DNA from: Candidatus Lokiarchaeum ossiferum
Lineage (GTDB): Archaea > Asgardarchaeota > Lokiarchaeia > Sigyniarchaeales > Promethearchaeaceae
Assembly: GCA_025839675.1 (NCBI GenBank)
Contig: CP104013.1
Coordinates: forward strand, 120,001 to 152,000
Length of the DNA stretch: 32,000 bases
Reading direction: 5' to 3'
Made by a program: the position numbers and the translations under genes. The notes beneath the pieces are model-generated. The model was not told the DNA's origin. It made no database searches and saw only the letters and a program-made list of their open reading frames with translations. This document shows positions 8,049 through 16,415 of the stretch, one piece after another; within the stretch, counting starts at the first letter, position 1; every line of letters starts with the position of its first letter.

Positions 8049-9278
8049 ATGAATATGAACAAAATTGAACTCTTGGCCCCTGCTCAGAATAAGAAATCAA
8101 TTAATGCGGTAAAAAATTTTGCCAATGCAGTTTATTTTGGGACTGAAGCTCTTAATATGAGGATGAATGCAGATAATATTTCCTTACAATCTTTGCCAGA
8201 TTTTATTTCTCTCTGCCACTCTTATAATATAAAAGCATATATGACCACAAATGTAATTATCTATGAGAATGAATTGGAATATTTGGAAAAAATTATCACA
8301 ACCGCCAAAGATGCTAACGTGGATGCACTTATTCTTCATGATATGGCAACTCTCGAACTTGCGAGAGAGGTTGGGATCCCATTTCATATTTCTACTCAAG
8401 CAAGTGTTTCGAATTCGAGAGCGGCTCAATTTTACGAAAATCTTGGAGCGGATCGGATTATTCTCGCTCGTGAATGTTCCTTAAATCAAATGAGAGAAAT
8501 CGGAAAAAAACTGTCCAGAGCAAAAATTGAAGCTTTCGTTCATGGGGCGCAATGTACTTCAGTCTCCGGACGATGTTATTTTTCAGCTTATGTGAATAAC
8601 GATCCAATCTGCTCGGCAAATCGTGGGAAATGTTTACAACCATGTCGCCATGAGTGGACCTTAACTCATAAAAATGGGACCGTGATTGATCAGCACCAAG
8701 GTTTCTTCCTCAATTCAAAAGATATGTGCATGATTGAACATGTTCCAGAATTAATTGAAGCAAATATTGCCTCCTTGAAAATTGAAGGGCGTATGAGAGA
8801 TCCTCATTATATTGAAACAGTTGCACGATGTTATCGGGAAGCCATAGATAGTCATTATGACAATACAATTTCACAAGAAAAAGTAGAGCAATGGTTGACA
8901 CAATTAAAAAGCGTGTATAATCGAGGGTTTTCGACTGGTTTTTATTATTCTAAACCTGGATCTGAAGATATCTCTGTAGAACGCTCTGGTAATTTAGCCA
9001 CCACCAAAAAAACTCAAATTGGTAGAGTCATTTCCTATTATCGGAAGGTGAAAGTTGCCAAAATCCAACTTAATACCGGAATGTTGAAAATTGGAGATGA
9101 AATCATCATCGAAGGCGCAAAATCTGGATCCTATTTAAATCAAAAGATTACTTCTATGCAAATTAAAATGAAATCAATTACTGAAACCCCTCCTATTACA
9201 GAGGGATCCCAAATTCTCGTTAGCTTAACTGTTGACGAACCAGTCAAACAAGGAGACTGGATTTACCGATACCTTTAG
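8049..9278 (+). CDS. peptidase U32 family protein (probable Fe-S enzyme of the U32 family)
   Basis: The U32 signature EAFVHGAQCTSVSGRCYFS is present, along with LKIEGRMRDPHY. The Cys pattern is C169-x6-C176 ... C195-x3-C199. Confidence 0.85.
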   Translation: MNMNKIELLAPAQNKKSINAVKNFANAVYFGTEALNMRMNADNISLQSLPDFISLCHSYNIKAYMTTNVIIYENELEYLEKIITTAKDANVDALILHDMATLELAREVGIPFHISTQASVSNSRAAQFYENLGADRIILARECSLNQMREIGKKLSRAKIEAFVHGAQCTSVSGRCYFSAYVNNDPICSANRGKCLQPCRHEWTLTHKNGTVIDQHQGFFLNSKDMCMIEHVPELIEANIASLKIEGRMRDPHYIETVARCYREAIDSHYDNTISQEKVEQWLTQLKSVYNRGFSTGFYYSKPGSEDISVERSGNLATTKKTQIGRVISYYRKVKVAKIQLNTGMLKIGDEIIIEGAKSGSYLNQKITSMQIKMKSITETPPITEGSQILVSLTVDEPVKQGDWIYRYL

Positions 9279-9374
9279 ATATCAAATTTTTCCAAAATTT
9301 CGTTTTTAGTCTTTACTCAAAAGTTCATTTATACAATTGGAAATTTTTTGTAATATTTTCAATATTATGTCTTT

Positions 9375-9578
9375 ATGAGTTTTTGTTCGATGTATCTTAA
9401 TATGGCCCTTTCAATTCATCTCCCTTTTGATGATCAAATACTCTCCAGCTTTGCAGGAATTGTATCATCTGTCACTAAAACCCCAATTATTCAATCAATT
9501 TATAAATTATTTGAAGAAATCAAAGAAGAAGTCATTTATGAGCTTGATCACCCAGAAGCAGAAAAAATGTGGACTTAA
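9375..9578 (+). CDS. hypothetical small protein
   Basis: This is a 67-aa ORF in otherwise non-coding space. It has no recognisable motif. Confidence 0.25.
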   Translation: MSFCSMYLNMALSIHLPFDDQILSSFAGIVSSVTKTPIIQSIYKLFEEIKEEVIYELDHPEAEKMWT

Positions 9579-9608
9579 TTGAGATCCAAAAAAAAATAAT
9601 ACGTTTTT

Positions 9609-11615
9609 TTAATTCGTTTTTCGTTTTCGTTTTATTACAAAAAGGGATGCCGCTTTCTTAATATCTGATTCATTCAAATTTGTTTTTTTCATACGTAATT
9701 TCAATTGTTCTATAAATTTCTCACATAAGGGAAGACTTAAATCTTCACCCAAAGCTTGAATCTCTTTTTGCAATCTAAGTTCATCAGAAATTTTTTCCCC
9801 ATGAACAATGGCGGAGGGATTATTAAAGGATTCTAAGGGGTTATTTTTCACTTCTGCAGTTGGAGTCGCTTTCTTAATATCTCTTTTAACATTTTTAAAA
9901 TCGTCTTTAATCATCGGCGAACGTTCAAGAGTTAGTGCTTTAGTCCGAGTTTCCCCTACTTTAATACCACTTGGTGATTTCGTTGATGGTTTCTGCTCCA
10001 TTTGTTCATGGATGGTTGGTTTTGGAGGTAATTCTATGGATTTCACATTAATCGGGTTAACGCGATGGGTTTGAATTTTGAATTCATTTACAGGAGTACC
10101 TGGATCCATTTGAGGAATGGGGGTTTTTGGTTCTGAAAAATTGGCTGGAACCTTTGGAAGAGGATGTTCTGAAGCCGAATTTTGATCCAAAGAAGGAAGT
10201 CCTTCAAAAATAGGATTTGAATCTGAAATGTCACTTATTACTGAGTTTTCAATAGAATCTTTTGAAGAACTTACATCGGAATCAATTCCAGTCAAGATTG
10301 GTTTTTTTCCCGATAATCCTGTGAAAAATGGATTAGAATTATCAATTGTGTTTAATATATCGTCTTTATCATCATTTGAATCTGCTAAGTTATCCGATTG
10401 AGTTATTTTCGGAGGCAAAGACGAAATTTGGGGTGTAGAGGGTAAATTAGGGGTTTGAGGTTTGAATGATGAAAGCATAGGTAATTTTCCTTGGCCTGGA
10501 AGTGTTTTTGTTCCTTTAAACGAATCAAAGGATATCTTTTTGGGAGCCTTGATTTTTCTGGCTTCTCGTTCTTCCGCTTCCTGTTTTACTTTTGCTTTTT
10601 CTTCCAATTCATTTATTTTGTTTTTGAAGATTTCGAGATAACTATATTCTTGATAGTCTTCACAAATTTGGATAAGATCTTGTAAAATTGAAATTGCTGC
10701 CTTAAATTCTTCAGTTCCTACGAAATCATTGGCTTGTTGTAATTTTGTCCTAAAATCTGAAGGTAAACTACGTTTTAATCCAATTGTATCACTAAAAATC
10801 GAAGAAAGCTGTTCTTTAATATCAGCATCGGCCAAATCAACTTCAAATATTTTTTTTCCTTTTAATAAGTCATATTTCTCGGTTAGTTGTGGACCAGAAA
10901 CAAAATCAGGACTATTTTTATGGGTCAATATGACTACCCAATTGCTATATTTGCCTTCACGGCGTATGAGATTCAAAAAGAATTTTACTTTTTTATCAGT
11001 TAATTTATTTTGGGAGCCATCTAAGATATAAAATATGAGATCTGAACCTCGTACATAATTATTCCATAAGGGAGAATAATCATCAGATTCGACAAAATCC
11101 CATAAATCAAAGAAGATTTCGCCAAGTTTAACTTGATAATATACTGCAAAGTTCATTATCTTCTTGTCTGGAGTTCCTGTTGCTCCCAAAAAAGAAGCGA
11201 TGCTGGTTTTTCCCGCACCTAAGGGACCCATCAAAGTAAACTTTGGATGAAGAAAATAGTGGGTTTCTTTAATGAAGAGGGTAAATTCTTCTTTTCCAGT
11301 TGTTGGGTTTTTAATTTCCATAGGATCAGAAAAATGTTTAGAAAATAATTTAGCCGCTCGTTCAATTTCTTTTGCAATTATTTTCGGTCGATCGGCCATA
11401 TCGGTGACAAAAATATAAAATACTCCCTTGAACATCCCATAATGAGCCTGAAAATCGAACATTGGTTTACTAAAAACTTTACCCTCCATGGGATTGCTAA
11501 TAAAAGTATCAAGTTTTGTTATTAACAAGTTCATTGTGGCTGAATCGTAAGCTTGACCGAAGAAATGTGAAAAAATCATTTCTTTGTGGTGATATAGGAA
11601 GACTTGTCGTAGCAT
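9609..11615 (-). CDS. multidomain protein: longin-like N-terminal domain + divergent Arf-family-like G domain + coiled coil + long disordered region + basic C-terminal helices
   Basis: The P-loop is GPLGAGKTS (res 130-138). An Arf-like interswitch segment reads LWDFVESDDYSPLWNNYVRGSDLIFYILDGS. Residues 1-100 show a sigma-adaptin/longin-like pattern (FQAHYGMFKGVFYIFVTDMADRPKIIAKEIERAAKLF). Residues ~355-600 are Pro/Ser/Asn/Asp-rich low complexity. Confidence 0.8.
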   Translation of the reverse strand: MLRQVFLYHHKEMIFSHFFGQAYDSATMNLLITKLDTFISNPMEGKVFSKPMFDFQAHYGMFKGVFYIFVTDMADRPKIIAKEIERAAKLFSKHFSDPMEIKNPTTGKEEFTLFIKETHYFLHPKFTLMGPLGAGKTSIASFLGATGTPDKKIMNFAVYYQVKLGEIFFDLWDFVESDDYSPLWNNYVRGSDLIFYILDGSQNKLTDKKVKFFLNLIRREGKYSNWVVILTHKNSPDFVSGPQLTEKYDLLKGKKIFEVDLADADIKEQLSSIFSDTIGLKRSLPSDFRTKLQQANDFVGTEEFKAAISILQDLIQICEDYQEYSYLEIFKNKINELEEKAKVKQEAEEREARKIKAPKKISFDSFKGTKTLPGQGKLPMLSSFKPQTPNLPSTPQISSLPPKITQSDNLADSNDDKDDILNTIDNSNPFFTGLSGKKPILTGIDSDVSSSKDSIENSVISDISDSNPIFEGLPSLDQNSASEHPLPKVPANFSEPKTPIPQMDPGTPVNEFKIQTHRVNPINVKSIELPPKPTIHEQMEQKPSTKSPSGIKVGETRTKALTLERSPMIKDDFKNVKRDIKKATPTAEVKNNPLESFNNPSAIVHGEKISDELRLQKEIQALGEDLSLPLCEKFIEQLKLRMKKTNLNESDIKKAASLFVIKRKRKTN

Positions 11616-11650
11616 TTTTCTAATCTCTTTGTAATATATTTAAATCTATG

Positions 11651-12751
11651 TTAAATATGAATTTTTCTCAAATCCGAAATTTTCTGGCGAACTTGGTCAA
11701 TATAGATATCATCTGTAGGTAATTCAGCTAATAGATCTTTCGCAATAGTTTCAGCTTCTTCAATTAAATGCAAATCTTGAAGTAAATCAATCAGTTGAAC
11801 AGCACTATCGGTTGACAATTTAGCATGGACGATTGGGGGGTCATCTTCGTTTTTACCTGGACACGAAAACCCTTTGATAAAACTAAGAATAGAATCTTTA
11901 ATGGGATTAACAACACTCTCTTCAAGAGGAGCTTGACTTTTAGTTAATTCTTTAACCAATCCCTTGAATCCTTGCATAATGGCATATGGTTCTTTATATA
12001 ATTGAATGCCTCGAATAATACGATTAATTAAATCAATGCAAACTTCATCTGCTTTTAGATATAATGCTGAAACAACCAAAATTATTAAAGATTGTTCCCG
12101 TAAATATTGACTTCGAATATTTTTAATTAAATTATCTTTTGCATAAATTAAAATTTCAATGAGAGATGGTTCTTTGGTTTTTTCGATTACATCTGCCAAA
12201 AATAAAATAATTGTGTTCTTTAAACGGGCATCATTAGTATTACTACCAGTAGAATAGTTAATTAGGACATATTTGATACGTTCGATAGCTTCTTCGATCT
12301 TAGGGGGCTGTTCAACTAATTTATAAAAGGTACTTTCTATTGCACTGGCAATTTTTTCCTGATTATCAATTTGAAAGGGAAAATATCGGGATAATTCAGG
12401 TTGAGGACCTGCTTTAGTTGACGCTTTCTTAGTTCTTCTTCTTGGAGATTTGGTAGCATTCGTTGCTGAAGAATTTGAGGCTTTTTTTTCCTTTTGAACA
12501 AGATTAAGGTCTTGAATTTCATACTCTTTGACCTTCTGAAAAATTAACTTATTGTCTTCCTGCCAAAATGCAAACATGAGAGTTTCATCTTCATTTTCAA
12601 CCAATTGTTCCCGTATTTTCTTAGGGATGGTGATTCCTCCATTCTTTCGCATTTTAATGATTTCTACAGGGTGTTTAGGTAACTTGTTTTTTGTGGGAGG
12701 TTCCTCGCTTACGCTTTTGTTATTTTCTAAATTTTGTTGGTTTTCACCCAT
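11651..12751 (-). CDS. AbrB/SpoVT-domain protein fused to a ~240-aa all-helical C-terminal domain
   Basis: The N-terminus VEIIKMRKNGGITIPKKIREQLVENEDETLMFAFWQEDNKLIFQKV is a typical SpoVT/AbrB swapped-hairpin motif. It is followed by a K/S/T-rich linker and then a helix-rich region. The gene ends 35 nt upstream of the GTPase gene on the same strand. Confidence 0.75.
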   Translation of the reverse strand: MGENQQNLENNKSVSEEPPTKNKLPKHPVEIIKMRKNGGITIPKKIREQLVENEDETLMFAFWQEDNKLIFQKVKEYEIQDLNLVQKEKKASNSSATNATKSPRRRTKKASTKAGPQPELSRYFPFQIDNQEKIASAIESTFYKLVEQPPKIEEAIERIKYVLINYSTGSNTNDARLKNTIILFLADVIEKTKEPSLIEILIYAKDNLIKNIRSQYLREQSLIILVVSALYLKADEVCIDLINRIIRGIQLYKEPYAIMQGFKGLVKELTKSQAPLEESVVNPIKDSILSFIKGFSCPGKNEDDPPIVHAKLSTDSAVQLIDLLQDLHLIEEAETIAKDLLAELPTDDIYIDQVRQKISDLRKIHI

Positions 12752-12863
12752 ACTTAACTTATGTCAACTTCCCACAAATAACTTTTACTGTTCTAAATTA
12801 GTTCATTCCTCAACTTGAAAAACCTTTTTGGGAGTCGTTAATAGTTTTAACTTGTAAATAACC

Positions 12864-13841
12864 ATGACATTCACCGAAGAAGATCTTGTTAGTTATGTTT
12901 CCCGATCTAATATCCCTAAAGAAGCCATGGTTCAATTAAATCAACTTTTATTTAAAGAACTTCAAGAATATTGTGATGTTTGTGAAGATGATCGGATGAT
13001 TTGTGTATTATCCCCTCAATGTCCAAAACGAATTTTATTAAAAGTTCGCATTCAATCGGGGGCAGTAGTCGATGATTTACCAAAATTTTGCTACTCTCAA
13101 GCGGTAAACAACATCAAACGATACTTAAACAAGAATACAACTCTCTATTCTCCGAGAGATGAACTCATTTTTAATGAAGATTTCATTAATATTATGTTTC
13201 CACGTTTACAGAAGAAAATTCTCTCCAACTATAAAAAAGATTTAAAATTAGTTCATGAACTCATAGATAAAAGTAAGATTCCCGCAGTACACCTCGATAT
13301 TCGCCATTCTAATCATGATGTCTTTTATAAAATTCGGACAAAAGATAAGCTAATTCGGGAAGGAACTTTCATTTATGATATTATAGGAGAATTTCTTCTC
13401 ATTTGGTATGAAGAAGCAATATTTTTAAGTAATTTTAAGACTGGAGTTACCATTATTAACGCTAAGAAGGATCCAATTGAGGATTTGAAAATAATCGATA
13501 TTGTGTTTCATACCTATTGCTCAGAACTGAATATCCAAGGATTTACAACCTTAAATAGCGATAAACAAATGAATATTATTTTGAAACTCCCATTTGCCGA
13601 TATTCACGAGGCGAATAAAAGCCCAGAAAAAGGCTTTTTCTATTCACTTATTCAATTTTTACAAGATTACTTTTTTGAAATCACCCTCTCTATTGATCCT
13701 CAAGAGAATTTCGTGCTTTCATTGAAATATCATAATTCCAGTGTCACCTACCGTACGTTCAAGTATAACAATCTAACTTATGAAATCATTCGTCAAACGG
13801 TTCAAATGATCGATGCTTTGAGACGAAATGAAAATAATTAA
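12864..13841 (+). CDS. hypothetical protein (no recognisable domain; N-terminal Cys cluster)
   Basis: This is a 325-aa ORF with normal composition. It carries CDVC-x6-C-x5-C at residues 37-53 (12972-13022). It is divergent from the AbrB-like gene. Confidence 0.65.
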   Translation: MTFTEEDLVSYVSRSNIPKEAMVQLNQLLFKELQEYCDVCEDDRMICVLSPQCPKRILLKVRIQSGAVVDDLPKFCYSQAVNNIKRYLNKNTTLYSPRDELIFNEDFINIMFPRLQKKILSNYKKDLKLVHELIDKSKIPAVHLDIRHSNHDVFYKIRTKDKLIREGTFIYDIIGEFLLIWYEEAIFLSNFKTGVTIINAKKDPIEDLKIIDIVFHTYCSELNIQGFTTLNSDKQMNIILKLPFADIHEANKSPEKGFFYSLIQFLQDYFFEITLSIDPQENFVLSLKYHNSSVTYRTFKYNNLTYEIIRQTVQMIDALRRNENN

Positions 13842-13856
13842 GGAGATAAAAAAAAA

Positions 13857-14957
13857 ATGAGTAATATTATGGAAGAAATCTTCGAGTTTTTAGACAAGAA
13901 TCAAAATGATCAAGCGGTTCAACTCATCAAAGAAAATTTGACCAAAAGAGATCAATCCTTTATTGAAGATTTAGTTCCCAGCTTAGGTATAATCACCAAT
14001 ACTTCCATAGAAGTGGTGGAAGCAATAATGCCCTCTTTATTGGGAATATTAAATTTTGACGATGATGTAATTCGGTATTCTATTATTATTTCGATTAAAA
14101 AGTTTGTAGAAGAACATAAGGAACTAATTTTCCCCTATATTGAAGACTTTCTTAAATACGGGTCTCCAAAAAAGCGCGAAGGGATTTTACTTCTCCTACA
14201 ATATGTGGCTGAAACCGATCCAAAATCAATGGAGCCATATTATGATATTATAATTACCGAGTTGGCCGATTCTGAAGATTATGTTCGCAAAAAAGCCGTA
14301 GAAGTATTACAAGCTATCGGGAAAGAAGATCGAAATGAAATTGAATCACGAATTCTCAAATTTCTCAAATCCATGGAAGAAGAGTCGCAAAAGCAACAAA
14401 ATGGGGAGAATATCCTCAAAGCTGCTGATGAAATTTTAGCTAAAAATACCGAAAATTCCCCTATCGACCCTGTGGATCAAATTCTAATTGATGCTGCTGA
14501 TAAAGTATTAAAAAAAGGGTCCGATGGATCCTCAAAACGTGCACCCGAAGATGAATTAAGAGATGCAGCCGGTAGTGTTCTCAAAGAAATTGTTGATATC
14601 AAATCTCTAGAGAAAATTGAGCTGGAAAAGCGCCAAATGGAAGCCCAATCGAAAGCTTTGAAAGAGAAAATTGAAGAAAATGATCAAAAAATGCAGCTCG
14701 AAAAACTGCAATTGGAAGAGGAACAACGACTTATTGAACAAAAGCGATTGGAACAAGAAAAAGAACGTCTCAAGAAAGAAGTGGAACTGCTCGAAAAGCA
14801 ACAAGAACTTAATAAAGTCAAACAAGAATTAGAACTCAAACGAATTGAAGAAGAAAAAGCTCATATCATCGCTAAAGAAGCCAAAAGGATTCAGAAAAAA
14901 ATGAATCAACTGGAAAAAGAAGGTGATTCTGAGGATGAATTCGAAGAATTACTGTAA
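13857..14957 (+). CDS. HEAT-repeat protein with C-terminal Glu/Lys-rich coiled coil
   Basis: HEAT-like units include DDDVIRYSIIISIKKFV and DSEDYVRKKAVEVLQAIG. Residues ~250-355 form a heptad-like E/K/L/Q coiled coil, followed by an acidic tail. AGGAG lies 8 nt upstream of the ATG, and the gap to the preceding gene is 15 nt. Confidence 0.75.
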   Translation: MSNIMEEIFEFLDKNQNDQAVQLIKENLTKRDQSFIEDLVPSLGIITNTSIEVVEAIMPSLLGILNFDDDVIRYSIIISIKKFVEEHKELIFPYIEDFLKYGSPKKREGILLLLQYVAETDPKSMEPYYDIIITELADSEDYVRKKAVEVLQAIGKEDRNEIESRILKFLKSMEEESQKQQNGENILKAADEILAKNTENSPIDPVDQILIDAADKVLKKGSDGSSKRAPEDELRDAAGSVLKEIVDIKSLEKIELEKRQMEAQSKALKEKIEENDQKMQLEKLQLEEEQRLIEQKRLEQEKERLKKEVELLEKQQELNKVKQELELKRIEEEKAHIIAKEAKRIQKKMNQLEKEGDSEDEFEELL

Positions 14958-14999
14958 TCTTGCCCAGTTTCTAATTTCCGAAGATTTATCATCTCTTTT

Positions 15000-15038
15000 T
15001 TGTTTGTTTTTTGGCTCTTGACTCAAAAAGACAAACAA
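15000..15038 (+). terminator. A/U-rich 13-bp hairpin following a T-run (terminator or 5'-UTR structure candidate)
   Basis: Positions 15000-15012 (TTGTTTGTTTTTT) pair with 15026-15038 (AAAAGACAAACAA), giving 12 Watson-Crick pairs plus one G-U and a 13-nt loop. The hairpin lies between the HEAT gene stop (14957) and the next start (15065). Its low-complexity arms weaken the call. Confidence 0.3.
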
Positions 15039-15064
15039 TTTTACCATAACACAACAACCAAAAC

Positions 15065-16405
15065 ATGGGATATATTATGACAAAATTAAAAGCTGTAATA
15101 CTTGCCGCGGGAGAAGGCAAACGGTTAGCTCCTTTAACCGACACCCGCCCAAAACCAATCATTCCAATTGCGGGAAAGCCACTTTTGCAACATACTATTG
15201 AAGCCTTGAAAACCCAAGGTATTGAAGAAATTTTATTGATTGTGGGTTACCGCAAAGAACAAGTTATTGAATATTTTCAAGAAGGCCTTCAATTCGGTGT
15301 GCAGATCACTTATATTGAACAAACCGAATTCTTAGGAACTGGACATGCCGCAAATTTAGCCAAAGATTTTGCGGGATCTGATCCCTTCCTCTTAATTTAT
15401 GGAGATTTATTCATGGATTCTGCAATTTATCACCTTGCCATTCAAAAATTTCAAGAAGACAATTGTGATGGCGTCATCACTGCTAAACAAATGCCCGATC
15501 CAACTAAATGGGGTATTTTAAAAACAGATGTGGGTGGATATTTAGAGCAGTTAATCGAAAAACCATCGGATGATAGATATGGAAATCTCGCAAATGCAGG
15601 AGTTTATTTATTTGATCCTTCGATATTTGAAAGTATCCATGAAACCCCCCTCTCGAGTCGCGGTGAATATGAATTAACTGAATCTATTGAAATTCATCTT
15701 CGCAAGAAAAAGAAATTTGCAGTCGTTGATATCTCTGCTCATTTTTGGAGTGATGTCGGTCACCCATGGCAATTGTTAGACGCCACAAAGCATGTTATCG
15801 AGATGTTGCCCGGAGATCCGGTCACCAAAACCCATTCTCCTCCCGCCCAAGTAATTAATCATGGTGGGAAAGTTGAAGAGGGTGTGACGATCCATGGAAC
15901 TGTGGTTATTGGGAAAAATACCATATTGAAATCTGGCACTTATATTGAAGGACCCGTTATTCTTGGAGATAACTGCACCATTGGCCCTAATTCCTATCTC
16001 CGTCCTTATACTTGTCTTGGTAATGGCTGCAAAGTTGGAAATGGTTCCGAAATCAAAGGGTCGATTATCATGGATAAGACTGCCATCCCGCATCTCTCAT
16101 ACGTGGGCGATAGTATTATTGGAGAAAATGTGAATATGGGGTGTGGCACCATTACAGCTAATTTACGCTTGGATAAAATGCCGATTTCCATGCAAGTCAA
16201 AGAGAAACGGGTTAATACCCATTGTAAAAAACTTGGGACTATTATTGGAGATAATGCTCAACTCGGTATTCAAGTCAGCATTATGCCGGGCAAAACCATT
16301 GGGGCTAATGCCTATGTCGGCAGTAATACGATTGTTACTGAAAATGTCCCTGCTGATTCGATATATTATATGAAAGTTCAAAATAAAATAATTATAAAAA
16401 CTTAA
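15065..16405 (+). CDS. bifunctional sugar-1-phosphate nucleotidylyltransferase/acyltransferase, GlmU-like
   Basis: The N-terminus LAAGEGKRLAPLTDTRPKPIIPIAGKPLL is an NTP-transferase motif. The C-terminal ~180 aa consist of hexapeptide (left-handed beta-helix) repeats. The start could alternatively be ATG 15077. Confidence 0.85.
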   Translation: MGYIMTKLKAVILAAGEGKRLAPLTDTRPKPIIPIAGKPLLQHTIEALKTQGIEEILLIVGYRKEQVIEYFQEGLQFGVQITYIEQTEFLGTGHAANLAKDFAGSDPFLLIYGDLFMDSAIYHLAIQKFQEDNCDGVITAKQMPDPTKWGILKTDVGGYLEQLIEKPSDDRYGNLANAGVYLFDPSIFESIHETPLSSRGEYELTESIEIHLRKKKKFAVVDISAHFWSDVGHPWQLLDATKHVIEMLPGDPVTKTHSPPAQVINHGGKVEEGVTIHGTVVIGKNTILKSGTYIEGPVILGDNCTIGPNSYLRPYTCLGNGCKVGNGSEIKGSIIMDKTAIPHLSYVGDSIIGENVNMGCGTITANLRLDKMPISMQVKEKRVNTHCKKLGTIIGDNAQLGIQVSIMPGKTIGANAYVGSNTIVTENVPADSIYYMKVQNKIIIKT

Positions 16406-16407
16406 CC

Positions 16408-16415
16408 TTTTTTTT
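16408..16415 (+). terminator. oligo-T run after the GlmU-like gene
   Basis: A T8 run starts 3 nt after the stop. Confidence 0.35.
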
